From an uncultured bacterium (GTDB lineage Bacteria > Chloroflexota > UBA5177 > JANWHV01), in contig CAWHAE010000014.1 in the NCBI GenBank assembly GCA_963827235.1, positions 128,001-192,000 of the forward strand: DNA of 64,000 bases, given 5' to 3'. A program made the translations under genes and the position numbers. Under the pieces are notes generated by a model that searched no databases, was not told the origin of the DNA, and saw only the letters and a program-made list of their open reading frames with translations. Of the stretch, positions 10,846 to 20,524 are shown piece by piece (positions within the stretch are counted from its first letter, which is position 1; each line of letters starts with the position of its first letter).

Positions 10846-12211
10846 CCCGATCCTCGTCGGCAATCTCGTCGGCAATCAGCGCGGCACGATTGAAGCCCAG
10901 CATCCGGCGGCCGCCCGGATGCTCCGGAGTGCGCAGCTTTCCGTCGTAGAGCCGTAACAGCAACTGCGAGAGCTTCTGTGCGTCGTGGCGCAGAGCATTG
11001 CTCGAATCGACCACGTCGTACTCGACGCGGACGATACGATCCTTGACGGAGGCCCAGTCGCCGGGATAGACGACCTGGCTCTTCCACACGGAGGGCTTCG
11101 CGGCACGATAGTTGCTGTTAGTGATCACGTAGTCGAAGAGTTGGCGTCCCACGTGCTTCTCGATGGCATTGACGAAGTCGATCGCGCAGTACGAATCGGT
11201 CTCGCCGGGCTCCGTGGCCACGTTGCAGACGAACACTTTGAGCGACGCCCGTGACTCGTCGATGGCCTGGGCGATCCCCGGCACCAGCAGATTAGGCATG
11301 ACGCTGGTGTACAGGCTCCCCGGACCCACGACCAGCACGTCGGCGGCCAGAATCGCCTCGACCGCCTCGGGGTTGGCTCCTGGACTATCAGGCACCAGGA
11401 AGACGTGGTCGATGGGCCTGCCGCCTTTGGCGAGCACCGACTCACCCTGGATCGTGCTCTGGTCGGTTAGCTCGGCCGCCAGCCTTACATCTGCCAGCGT
11501 CGAAGGCAGTATCCGACCCTGAACCGCCAGCACGCGGCTGGAAGCGGCAAGCGCCTCCTCGAAGCTGCCCGTGATATCGGCCATGGCGGCGATGAAGAGA
11601 TTGCCGAAGCTGTGACCCTCCAGACCCGAGCCCTGCTTGAACCGATAGTCAAGCAACTGCTTCATCAGATCCTCGACGTCTGCGAGAGCGGCTATGCATT
11701 GCCGGAAGTCGCCCGGAGGCAAGATACGCAGCTCACGCCGAAGGCGTCCCGAACTGCCGCCATCGTCGGCCACCGTCACGATGACGCTCAGATTGCGGGA
11801 GTACGTACGCAGCCCGTGCAGAAGCAGCGACATTCCCGTGCCGCCGCCGATGGCCACGATGCGCGGCCCGCGCACAAGAAGCCGGTGCTGAGCCACGGCG
11901 TCGATCACGGTATGCGGAGCACTCGCCAGGTCTCCGGGCCGAGAGATGACCGCGACGATCACACTGTTTAGGTGCCGCAAAGCCAGCACGATCATGCTCG
12001 CGCTTACGGCCAAGAACATACCGCCGCGCACGGCGCGCGGTATCGACTGCAGTGTGAGGTTTCCTACCCACTCTGGAAAGCGGAAGTTGACGTGATACAG
12101 CGCCGAGAGGAAGTAGTCGATGCCAAGGACAAGGAGGAGAAGTCCGGCGAAGAGAACAAGCAGCCACCGCTTGATTGTGCTACCTGGAGCCAGCCAGGCC
12201 GGAATACTCAA
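10826..12211 (-). CDS. yvcK: YvcK/GlmR gluconeogenesis factor (UPF0052) with N-terminal TM segments
   Basis: IVAIGGGTG, VTVADDGGSSGRLR, PPGDFR, GHSFGNL, GPGSLYTS, NVATEPGET, RHD. Confidence 0.92.
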   Translation of the reverse strand: MSIPAWLAPGSTIKRWLLVLFAGLLLLVLGIDYFLSALYHVNFRFPEWVGNLTLQSIPRAVRGGMFLAVSASMIVLALRHLNSVIVAVISRPGDLASAPHTVIDAVAQHRLLVRGPRIVAIGGGTGMSLLLHGLRTYSRNLSVIVTVADDGGSSGRLRRELRILPPGDFRQCIAALADVEDLMKQLLDYRFKQGSGLEGHSFGNLFIAAMADITGSFEEALAASSRVLAVQGRILPSTLADVRLAAELTDQSTIQGESVLAKGGRPIDHVFLVPDSPGANPEAVEAILAADVLVVGPGSLYTSVMPNLLVPGIAQAIDESRASLKVFVCNVATEPGETDSYCAIDFVNAIEKHVGRQLFDYVITNSNYRAAKPSVWKSQVVYPGDWASVKDRIVRVEYDVVDSSNALRHDAQKLSQLLLRLYDGKLRTPEHPGGRRMLGFNRAALIADEIADEDRVTAGRA

Positions 12212-12445
12212 CGACCAGCTCCTTTATGCGATGGTAGCGATGAGGTCGTTTCCTTTACTTCATCCATCAGTGATCACTCTAGCAGCGTGCTCCGCCGATG
12301 TCAAACCATACATAGTGGCCGCCAGCGCCGCCGCGACGGCTCTGTCACTTGCCCATGATATACTCAGGATAATGAGCAAGGCACCTATTTGTGGACGCCG
12401 CGGCGCCCGCAATGTCGTCGCTTCGACGCCTGGAGGCACTGCAAC

Positions 12446-12964
12446 GTGGCAATCCGAACTATTCTGACCGCGGACAAGCCCGCGCTTCGTATCAAAGCCA
12501 AGCCGGTCGTTCGAGTGGACGCGACGGTCCGTAAGCTGCTGGCAGACATGGCCGACACGATGTATGCAGCATCCGGTGCCGGGCTGGCTGCCCCGCAAAT
12601 TGGTATCTCCTTGCGGGTGATCGTGCTGTGGCATGAGGACGATGAGTTCAGGCTGGTCAATCCAGAGATCACCTGGGCTTCGCCCGAGATGGAAGTCGAC
12701 GAAGAAGGCTGCCTTAGCATTCCCGGCTACCATGGCAACGTGCCGCGTCACGCGGCGATCAAGGTTCGCGCAAAGGACGAGAAGGGTCACAGCGCCCAGA
12801 TCCGCGCCGAGGGCAGGCTGGCGCGGATATTCCAACATGAGATCGACCATCTGGACGGTATCCTGTTCCCTGAGCGCATGACGCCAGGCGAGCGCCTCTG
12901 GCGCGTCGATGAGGCGGGAGAGCCCGAAGAGCCGCTTGCACGCACCGGCACAGGGGCGAGATAG
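12446..12964 (+). CDS. def: Peptide deformylase
   Basis: GAGLAAPQIG, EGCLSIPG, QHEIDHLDG; GGAGG RBS before the GTG at 12446. Confidence 0.96.
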   Translation: MAIRTILTADKPALRIKAKPVVRVDATVRKLLADMADTMYAASGAGLAAPQIGISLRVIVLWHEDDEFRLVNPEITWASPEMEVDEEGCLSIPGYHGNVPRHAAIKVRAKDEKGHSAQIRAEGRLARIFQHEIDHLDGILFPERMTPGERLWRVDEAGEPEEPLARTGTGAR

Positions 12965-12981
12965 ACCGTCCGGGCCGGCAC

Positions 12982-13665
12982 TCAGGTATCGAGACCGAGC
13001 GTCTCCCGAAGCTCTGCAGCGCCACGCTGCTCGGGATCGAACAGCAGTCTCTCCAGCAGGCCGCCATCTGCCACCAACTTCCAGCGCCGGCCCCTCTCGG
13101 CGGCATCGGTCACTCGCAGCTTGAGATCGCGTCTGGCCGTCGCGATTATGTCGAGACTCTCTTCCAGCGTGGCAGGAATCACCGACTCCACACGAGCGCG
13201 CAAGGCAGCCGAAACGAGTGGGCTGGCGCCACCAGACTGGATGGCGACAATCAGCGGTCCTCGGGTGGTGACGGCCATGAACGAACAGTTCCCAAGGCGG
13301 GGATCGTGGGCAACGGCGATCAGGCCCCCGCGGTCGAGCACTTCGACGGCCACCTGGCGGTCGACGTCGGCGCGGCTCGTTGCCGCCACAGTCAAGAAGG
13401 CACCGGCCGTGTCTCCGGCGACAAAGTCTCGCCGCTGCAGCCGTGCTTCGCCTCTGTCGATGGCTCGCTGCACAGCCGGGTGCACGTCGGGGGCCACGAC
13501 GTCCACTTGAGCGCCAAGCCGCACGAGCTGGGGTAGTCGTCGCGCGGCCACCCGACCGCCGCCGACCAGCAGGCATCGCTTTCCGGCGAGGTCTATCATC
13601 AGCGGAAGTCCGGCCGGAGTCTCCGCGTGCCGGTCCCCTTCGCGATTAGCGGTACCGTCGTCCAC
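12982..13665 (-). CDS. Precorrin-2 dehydrogenase / sirohydrochlorin ferrochelatase (CysG N-terminal / SirC type)
   Basis: LPLMIDLAGKRCLLVGGGRVAARR, VAAT, RGPLIVAIQSGGASP. Confidence 0.88.
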   Translation of the reverse strand: MDDGTANREGDRHAETPAGLPLMIDLAGKRCLLVGGGRVAARRLPQLVRLGAQVDVVAPDVHPAVQRAIDRGEARLQRRDFVAGDTAGAFLTVAATSRADVDRQVAVEVLDRGGLIAVAHDPRLGNCSFMAVTTRGPLIVAIQSGGASPLVSAALRARVESVIPATLEESLDIIATARRDLKLRVTDAAERGRRWKLVADGGLLERLLFDPEQRGAAELRETLGLDT

Positions 13666-14782
13666 TCACACCTGCAGCACTCGCCTGTAGGCCACCATGG
13701 TTCGTTCGGCCACGGCCTGTTGGGTAAACAGACTCAGCGCTCGCTCTCGTCCCAGTCTACTGAGCTCTCGACGTCTTGCCGGATCCATCTGAAGGTATCT
13801 CAGGGCCTCGCGAAGGGCTGCTACGTCTCCTTCGCGGACGACGATACCGGCGTTCCCAATCACCTGGGGGATCTCGCCGGAATCGGAGCCAATCACCGGC
13901 ACACCGCAAGCCATCGCTTCCACCAGCATGCGTCCGAACTGTTCCTTCCAGCGGGCCGTCGTGAGGCTGGGGCCAGCGAGCGCGTCGAACCCCCGCATGA
14001 CAGCGGGCATCTCGGTCGAGCCGACCTGGCCGACGAACTCCACCCGATCCTCGATTTGTAGGGCGCGTGCCTGCTGTAGAAATGCGTCACGGTCCGGTCC
14101 GCTGCCCACGATGCGCAGCCGCCAGCTCTGAGAGGCGAGTCCCGAGGCGGCCTCCATCAGGACGCCGAGGCCCTTGGCCCGGATCAGCCTTCCCACGAAT
14201 CCGATGGTGAACGGCTCTCCTCCGCCGCGAGCACCATCATGCTCGGCCGGGCAGAACGAGATCCGGATCGATGCCAAACTGCGGAATCACCTCGATTGGT
14301 CCGGCAAAGCCTTTGGAGCGAACGATTGTCTCCGCGTCCCGGTTCCCGGCGATGCCGAGATCGGCCTTCCTGAAGACCTCTGCCTCCATCCATCTGAAAG
14401 GAGGCGGATAGCTACGAGCGATGTTCTGCCAGTTGAAGAAGGTGAACTTGACACCGCGTCGTATTGCCGCCCGCATGGCTAGCCAGGTCGACAGGTTGTA
14501 AGCCTCCTCGTCGAAGTGCAGAAGATCGGGCTTGACCCTATCCAGGAGAGTGCCGAGGCCAGGATAGTAGTGCAGGTGGTAGTGGCCGTTCAGCCGCATG
14601 GGAAGCACGTTCAGAGAATATCCTTTGGTGAACGCGCGCTCGAGCGTCCAGTCGTGGCCTTTCTCCCGCCAGACCGGCGGCACCGCAACGTGCAGCTCTA
14701 CGCCGGGCTGCACGGCAAGCTCCTCGAGCTTTCGCTGGGCCATGCCTACTACGAGCGCCTTCGACACCATCAGCACGCGCAC
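13666..14782 (-). pseudogene. GT4 glycosyltransferase; frameshifted at ~14257 (probably a sequencing error)
   Basis: N-half VRVLMVSKAL...IPQFGIDPD and C-half GFVGRL..AKG...EQFGRMLVEAMACGVPV; removing one base at 14257 restores a continuous frame. Confidence 0.85.
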
Positions 14783-15996
14783 TGCACCGCTCCTCGAACA
14801 ATTGCCGCCACCCTGGCGCCGGTAGAAGTCCACTTGAAACGCGCCGCCCGGTCGATACCCTGCGCCGACAAGGAGGCGCACAGCTCGTCGTCGACCGCCG
14901 CGCGCTGCAGAGCGGTAGCCCAGGCATGTGCATCGTCGGGCGGGACGAGGATGCCCGCCTGCCCAACTGCTTCGGGCAGACTGGTGGCATCCGAGCAGAT
15001 CACCGGCGTTCCACAGGCCATCGCTTCGAGAGGCGGCAATCCGAATCCCTCGGCGCGCGACGGGAACACAAACGCCCGGGCGCCGCGATACATCTCGGGC
15101 AGGTCCTCCTCGGCAATTCGCTCCACGAACCGCACGCGCAGGCCGAGACCAAGACGTCGCGCCTGGGCACGCCAGTCGGGAAACAATTCTTCCTGGCCGG
15201 CCTTCGGAAGGCCCGCCGCCACGACCAAAGGCGGCACTCCGGCGCCTTCTCCCAGCCCGGCCAGGGCGTCCAGGAGCACGCCGATGTTCTTCCGAGCATC
15301 CGCTCCGCCCACGTACAGCAGGTAGCGCTCCGGCAAGCCGTACCGTTCTCGGGCCCGAGCCGCCGCCGCCGCGTCGAGTCGCGGGTCAAACGCGGCTTCC
15401 ACGCCCGGTTCTACCACGTGCACTCGCTCCTCGGTCAGTCGCAAACGCCGCACAATCTCGCCCTTCGCGTAGTGCGAGAGCGTGATCGCTGCCACAGACC
15501 GGCGGGCGGCCAGCCCCACCAAGCGGAAATACCATCTGGCCGGGAACGATGCGGCATAAGCGGAGTCGCCGAGCGGTATGACGTCATGAATGCTGATCAC
15601 GGTTGGGCAGGCACAAAGCACCGGCGCGCTGAAGTGCGGTGAGTACAGCACCTGTGCATGCAGCCGCAGCGCCGCAGCCGGCAGAGCCACCTGTTCCCAG
15701 TAGAGCTTGCGCTCGTACGAGTGCGGGCGCAGTCTTGGCATGGGCGCGTCAACCATCCGCAGCCTCGTGTCCGCCACACACGGCGCCCGCCCTTGCGAAA
15801 CGGTCAGTCGATTGTCCATAACCACTGACAAGTTGAGATCGCCCTCCTGGGCCAGGTGTGCCAGAACATGTCGTGCGTAGCGACCGGTACCTGTATTCGG
15901 GTACTCCAGAAATAGCCCGCCGGCCGCAACGCGCAGGGAGCCGGACGGGAGCGGCGGGGTTGCGCTCATCGACGCGGCTCGCCCAGGTGCGCTCAT
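14770..15996 (-). CDS. GT4 glycosyltransferase (MtfB-like)
   Basis: TGTGRY, IHDVIP, YVGGADARKN, FPSRAEGFGLPPLEAMACGTPV. Confidence 0.92.
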   Translation of the reverse strand: MSAPGRAASMSATPPLPSGSLRVAAGGLFLEYPNTGTGRYARHVLAHLAQEGDLNLSVVMDNRLTVSQGRAPCVADTRLRMVDAPMPRLRPHSYERKLYWEQVALPAAALRLHAQVLYSPHFSAPVLCACPTVISIHDVIPLGDSAYAASFPARWYFRLVGLAARRSVAAITLSHYAKGEIVRRLRLTEERVHVVEPGVEAAFDPRLDAAAAARARERYGLPERYLLYVGGADARKNIGVLLDALAGLGEGAGVPPLVVAAGLPKAGQEELFPDWRAQARRLGLGLRVRFVERIAEEDLPEMYRGARAFVFPSRAEGFGLPPLEAMACGTPVICSDATSLPEAVGQAGILVPPDDAHAWATALQRAAVDDELCASLSAQGIDRAARFKWTSTGARVAAIVRGAVQCAC

Positions 15997-17180
15997 GCCG
16001 CCACTCTTCTGAAGAGATCAAGGGCAGCTTGTCCGGCGCGGGCCCAAGTGTACTGGCCGGCGCGGACGAATCCTCGCTCCCGCAGCAGACCGCTGCAGGA
16101 CGCATCGGTGAGCAGGCGCTCGATTGCTCGTGACATCGACTCCACGTCCAGGGGATCAAAATAGAGCGCGGCGTCCTCGAGTACCTCGGGCAGGGCGCCT
16201 CCAGTGGACGATGCGACGGGTACGCCGCAGGCCATGGCCTCGAGAGGAGGTATCCCGAATCCTTCATAGAGTGATGGACAGACGTAGCCGCCCGCGTGCC
16301 GGTAGAGCGCCAGCAGATCCGGATCCGCAGCGTTGGCGAAGAAGCGCACGGACTGCTCGAGACCCAGGCGGGCGACCTCTCTGAAGATGGGTTCGAACTG
16401 CCAGCCCTCCCGACCCGCGATCACGAGCTGCAGGTCGTGCGGCATGCGTGCGCCTTCGCGGGGCACGTCCGGTCCGGCACTCCATCCCGAGCGCAGAAGA
16501 CGCTTCTTCAAGGCGGAGAAAGCCTGCAGGAGCCTCAGATAGTTCTTGCGCGGCTCCAGCGTGCCCACCGACAACAGGTACCCACGCTGCAGACCGTAGG
16601 GCGGCGGAGCCGGCTCGGCTCCGCCCGCTGCCGGCAGCGGGCGGAACGCGGCGTCGACGCCGTTGGGCACCACCGCGATCCGGCCGGAATCGACGCCGAG
16701 CAGCGTTTGCAAGGCGTGTGCGGTCGTCCGCGAAACGGCCACCACGGCAGCAGCCTGCCGGATGGAGCGTGGCACTTCGTCGACGAGGTACCTGCGCAGG
16801 CCGGCGTCTGCGCATTCCGGGTGCACGAGAAACGAGAGGTCGTGCACGGTGAGAATCGACGGCGTACGCCCGGGTCGTGGCAAAGCGAAATCCGGTGTGA
16901 AGAAGACGCTTGCTCCCGGTATGGCCGAGGCGGGCGATGGCAGGATGCGCAGCCGGTGCCAGCCGATGCGAGCCAGTCTCTCGGAAAGTGGGAGCCGAAG
17001 CCAGAGATGATGGACCGGCACCTCGACATCGTCCCTGCTCAGCCGTGCTCGCCCAACCGTCACCAGAGTATACGAGTTCAGGTCGTCGATCCCGGCAAGA
17101 CCCCGCAAGAGACCGCGTGCGAAGCGCCCAATCCCAGCGCGCTGGCGCACGGCGGCGGTCCCGTCGAACACAATCCGCAT
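15993..17180 (-). CDS. GT4 glycosyltransferase (MtfB-like)
   Basis: AGIGRF, TVHDLSF, VGTLEPRKN, PSLYEGFGIPPLEAMACG. Confidence 0.93.
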   Translation of the reverse strand: MRIVFDGTAAVRQRAGIGRFARGLLRGLAGIDDLNSYTLVTVGRARLSRDDVEVPVHHLWLRLPLSERLARIGWHRLRILPSPASAIPGASVFFTPDFALPRPGRTPSILTVHDLSFLVHPECADAGLRRYLVDEVPRSIRQAAAVVAVSRTTAHALQTLLGVDSGRIAVVPNGVDAAFRPLPAAGGAEPAPPPYGLQRGYLLSVGTLEPRKNYLRLLQAFSALKKRLLRSGWSAGPDVPREGARMPHDLQLVIAGREGWQFEPIFREVARLGLEQSVRFFANAADPDLLALYRHAGGYVCPSLYEGFGIPPLEAMACGVPVASSTGGALPEVLEDAALYFDPLDVESMSRAIERLLTDASCSGLLRERGFVRAGQYTWARAGQAALDLFRRVAA

Positions 17181-18454
17181 CAGCGTGCCGACCCGCCCCG
17201 GTTCGAGCGGACCGCCGGCGCTATGCCCGGAGACTTCACGGGCTCGCCGCCGAGGTTGGGCAGAGCGCTCTTGGTCTTCGGGCTCACCAGATAGAGCACG
17301 AATCCGATGACCACTATGCTGAGATAGCTGATGATGCGGTCGAGCAGGGCCAGTGCCGCGGCCTGACCGCCGGTGGCACCGTGCTTCAGCACCTTGAATG
17401 CGGCGATCAGGAACGTATCCACGACGCCGGCACCGCCCGGCGTGAGAGGCAACGTAGTCAGCACGGACGATCCGAGAGCGAGGAATATCGCCGCGCTAGG
17501 TCCAACCTCGCCCTGCTTGACCATGCCCAAGGCGGCAAGCACCAGAAAGAGACGACCGCCCTCGCAAATCCAGATGACGATGGACAGCCCAACCAGCAGC
17601 GGCACATCCTTGCTGTAGCTGCGCACGGCGCCCTCGCGAAAGGCAATGAAGATGCTGTGGATACGCCTCGGCAACATCCGGCGCAGGCCTTCACCCAGAC
17701 GCCAGATGCCCACGATCACGGCGACAGCGACCATCCCGAGGCCAAAGGCGCTGATCAGGACGAATCGAAGCGTGCTGTCGTCGAGCAGCCGGTTGTGGAA
17801 GGTCAGGATCGCAGCGGTGAGCAGCAATGGAAAGAGCACGATGAGGTCGAGAATGCGCTCGGCCACGATGGTGCCCACTGTTCTGGATGCCGACAGCCCG
17901 ACGGTCTTCTTCACCAGGTAGGCACGATAGACGTCTCCCAGCTTGGCCGGAATGACGCAATTCGCGAACCACGATAGGTAGAGAATCTCGAGCAGGTCTT
18001 TGAGCGGCGCCGCCTTCACCATCTCCAGGTCGTCGCCCACGTTCGCGTTGATCATGAGCCGTTTCCAGCGCACGGTCCGGAGTGGGAACGAGGCGTAGTA
18101 GACCACGAAGGCGGCGAGAAAGAGAAGCGGATTCACTTTGTGCAGCGCCGCGCCCAGGTCGTCGCGGTTGATGTGCAGCTTGTACAGGGCCAGGGCAAGT
18201 ATCGCCACCGCGATAAGGAACGAGACGAGGGTACGCCAGTTCGTGAAGCGGCGGCCCAGGTCGACTGGCGAAGCAATCTCATCCTCGACCTTGCCGGCGT
18301 CCTCGCCACCCTCGACCGAGCCGGCGTCAGCAAGCAGCTCGTGGTCGCCGCCCGGCTCGCCGGCCGAAGGCACATCCGGCGGAATAGCGACGCCCGGCGG
18401 AGGCAGCCCGCTCGAAGCCAAGTCGTGCTCGTCGCGCATAGTGTCTTCCCTCAA
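17180..18454 (-). CDS. Lysylphosphatidylglycerol-synthase-TM (flippase-like) membrane protein
   Basis: RTVRW, FANCVIPAKLGDVYRAY, AERILD, PLTPGGAGVV, DRIISY. Confidence 0.88.
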   Translation of the reverse strand: MREDTMRDEHDLASSGLPPPGVAIPPDVPSAGEPGGDHELLADAGSVEGGEDAGKVEDEIASPVDLGRRFTNWRTLVSFLIAVAILALALYKLHINRDDLGAALHKVNPLLFLAAFVVYYASFPLRTVRWKRLMINANVGDDLEMVKAAPLKDLLEILYLSWFANCVIPAKLGDVYRAYLVKKTVGLSASRTVGTIVAERILDLIVLFPLLLTAAILTFHNRLLDDSTLRFVLISAFGLGMVAVAVIVGIWRLGEGLRRMLPRRIHSIFIAFREGAVRSYSKDVPLLVGLSIVIWICEGGRLFLVLAALGMVKQGEVGPSAAIFLALGSSVLTTLPLTPGGAGVVDTFLIAAFKVLKHGATGGQAAALALLDRIISYLSIVVIGFVLYLVSPKTKSALPNLGGEPVKSPGIAPAVRSNRGGSAR

Positions 18455-18494
18455 TCCCTGCAGTGGCGGGGCCGGTCAGGCCGGGACGCTGCGA

Positions 18495-19526
18495 TCAATC
18501 CTCACCTGCGCTTGCCGTGGCAACGGCGGCGGCAGCGCGGCCGGACGCGTCCTCGCGGAACCACATGATGGTCCGCCTCAACCCCTCGCGGAGGGATACC
18601 TTCGGTCTCCAACCGAGCATGGTCTGCGCCTTCTCGATGTCCGGTCGCCGGCGCGTCGGGTCATGCTGCGGCAGGTCGTGCCACTCCACCGGGTGCCGGC
18701 CGTCTAGCAGGGAGCGATCGGCCAGCTCGGCGACCACCTGCGCCACGATCTCGGCAAACTCGGCGATCGTGTGCTCCTCGGGATTGCCCAGGTTGAATAC
18801 TTCTCCGGCGAGATTGTCCCGCATCATGGCGGCCATCAGGCCTTCAACGAGATCGCTGACGTAGCAGAAGCTGCGTGTCTGCGTTCCATCACCATAGATG
18901 GTGATGGGTTCGCCCGCCAGCGCCTGGCCGATAAAATTCGGCACCACCCGCCCGTCGTTGAGCCGGGAATGTGGCCCGAATGTGTTGAAGATTCGCACCA
19001 CCCGGCAGTCCAGACCGAAGGAGCGCCAGTACTGCATGGAGAGTGCTTCACCGAAGCGCTTGCTTTCGTCGTAGCAGCTCCGCGGGCCGTTAGGACTGAC
19101 ATTTCCCCAGTAGTCCTCGGTCTGCGGGTGTACCTGTGGATCGCCATAGATCTCGGACGTGGAGGTGTAGAGGAAGCGGGCTCCATGGACGCGCGCCAGC
19201 TCGAGCATGTTCCAGGTTCCCTGGCTGTTCACCCGCAACGTCTCGAGCGGCAGGCGCAGGTAGTCCACGACGCTGGCGGGGCTGGCGAGATGAAAGACGT
19301 ACCGCGGAGGATTGATGCCGGCACAGTCCGGGCCGAAGCCGCCCGGAAGCGCGACGTCCGCAACGCACAAGGTGAAGTGCGGGTGATCGCGCAAGGCCGC
19401 AACGTTTGACTCGCGCCCGGTCGACAGGTTGTCGACGCAGGTCACGGCCAGACCTCGAGCCAGCAAGGCTGCACACAAATGCGAGCCGATGAAGCCCGCT
19501 CCACCACTGACTACCGCGTGTTCCAC
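18495..19526 (-). CDS. UDP-glucuronate decarboxylase-like NAD-dependent epimerase/dehydratase
   Basis: GGAGFIGSH, HLASPAS, STSEIYGDP..HPQTEDYWGNV, RSCYDESKR, RIFNTFGP, QTRSFCYV. Confidence 0.92.
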   Translation of the reverse strand: MEHAVVSGGAGFIGSHLCAALLARGLAVTCVDNLSTGRESNVAALRDHPHFTLCVADVALPGGFGPDCAGINPPRYVFHLASPASVVDYLRLPLETLRVNSQGTWNMLELARVHGARFLYTSTSEIYGDPQVHPQTEDYWGNVSPNGPRSCYDESKRFGEALSMQYWRSFGLDCRVVRIFNTFGPHSRLNDGRVVPNFIGQALAGEPITIYGDGTQTRSFCYVSDLVEGLMAAMMRDNLAGEVFNLGNPEEHTIAEFAEIVAQVVAELADRSLLDGRHPVEWHDLPQHDPTRRRPDIEKAQTMLGWRPKVSLREGLRRTIMWFREDASGRAAAAVATASAGED

Positions 19527-19604
19527 GGTTCCTCTTCCACCCTTCCACCGGCATCCGCCGATGGCGCCCACTCAGAACTTCGTCTCGCAGTAGGGCACTG
19601 GGCC

Positions 19605-20087
19605 CTACTCTTCGATGATCCACGGGTCCGTCGCGCGGGAATAGCTCACGATGTCCTCCGGCGCGAAGTAGAGACCAACCTCAAACGCGGCTGTCTCCTC
19701 CGAGTCCGATCCGTGAACAAGGTTTCGGCCGACCTCCAGTCCGAAATCGCCACGAATTGAGCCGGGTTCGGCCTGCGCCGAGTTGGTGGCGCCGTTCGTC
19801 GTGCGCACCACCGCGATGGCGTTCGGACCCTCGAGCACGGCGACCACTACCGGGGCGCTCGTGATGTACGCCACCAGGCCTTCATAGAACGGCTTGCCGC
19901 GATGCACGCCGTAGTGGCGCTCCGCCAGCGGCCTGTCGATCTGGATAAGGTGCATGGCGACGATCTTCAAGCCTCGCTGCTCGTAGCGTTGAACGATGGC
20001 ACCGATGAGACCGCGCTGAACCGCGTCGGGCTTGAGAATAACCAGCGTTCGTTGCAACGGTGATCGAGGCATGATGGCAGCTATCAC
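19605..20087 (-). CDS. ndk: Nucleoside diphosphate kinase
   Basis: RTLVILKPDAVQR, HYGVHRGKPFY, PGSIRGDF, NLVHGSDS. Confidence 0.97.
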   Translation of the reverse strand: MIAAIMPRSPLQRTLVILKPDAVQRGLIGAIVQRYEQRGLKIVAMHLIQIDRPLAERHYGVHRGKPFYEGLVAYITSAPVVVAVLEGPNAIAVVRTTNGATNSAQAEPGSIRGDFGLEVGRNLVHGSDSEETAAFEVGLYFAPEDIVSYSRATDPWIIEE

Positions 20088-20110
20088 CCTTCTTCTTTCG
20101 CTCTTCAGCG

Positions 20111-20461
20111 CTAGGAATCGCCCGTGTGCTCCGTGCGAAGTTCCTCGGCGGCAGCCCTGAGCTCCAGGCGCACCGCGCCGAGATTCGCTTGCGGCGACGT
20201 CGTCAGCATAATCAAGGCATCTCCGGCCTGCGCTACGTGCAGGGCGCCGTTCTCCGACTCGAGTGTCAGGTGCATCGGCGCGCCCAAGTCGGGAAGCGCC
20301 CGCTGCAACACCCGCAGCGCCGATCCCAGGCTGGACGCGGCGTTCGAGAGCGACGGCGCATCCACCGAGCTTTCGATCACCGTGCCGTCCTGGTTCAGCA
20401 GCGACGCTTCTTGCACCCCATCCAGACCGCCAAGAGCAGCTATGCGTTTTCTTGCGCTCAT
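20111..20461 (-). CDS. Roadblock/LC7 (MglB-like) domain protein
   Basis: 116 aa; GVQEASLLNQDG.VIES and C-terminal ANLGAVRLELRAAAEEL pattern. Confidence 0.75.
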   Translation of the reverse strand: MSARKRIAALGGLDGVQEASLLNQDGTVIESSVDAPSLSNAASSLGSALRVLQRALPDLGAPMHLTLESENGALHVAQAGDALIMLTTSPQANLGAVRLELRAAAEELRTEHTGDS

Positions 20462-20524
20462 TTTCGCATCACCCTACCACATTCGTACATATGCCAAATG
20501 TCACGTGGTGGCCCGCCTACAATC

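Noticed and set aside
12260-13576. Long alternative-frame ORFs (also 9858..10949, 55729..56940, 2231..3178, 4100..5125 and many others)
   Set aside because: Arg/Ala/Pro-rich shadow ORFs overlapping well-supported genes, as expected at high GC.
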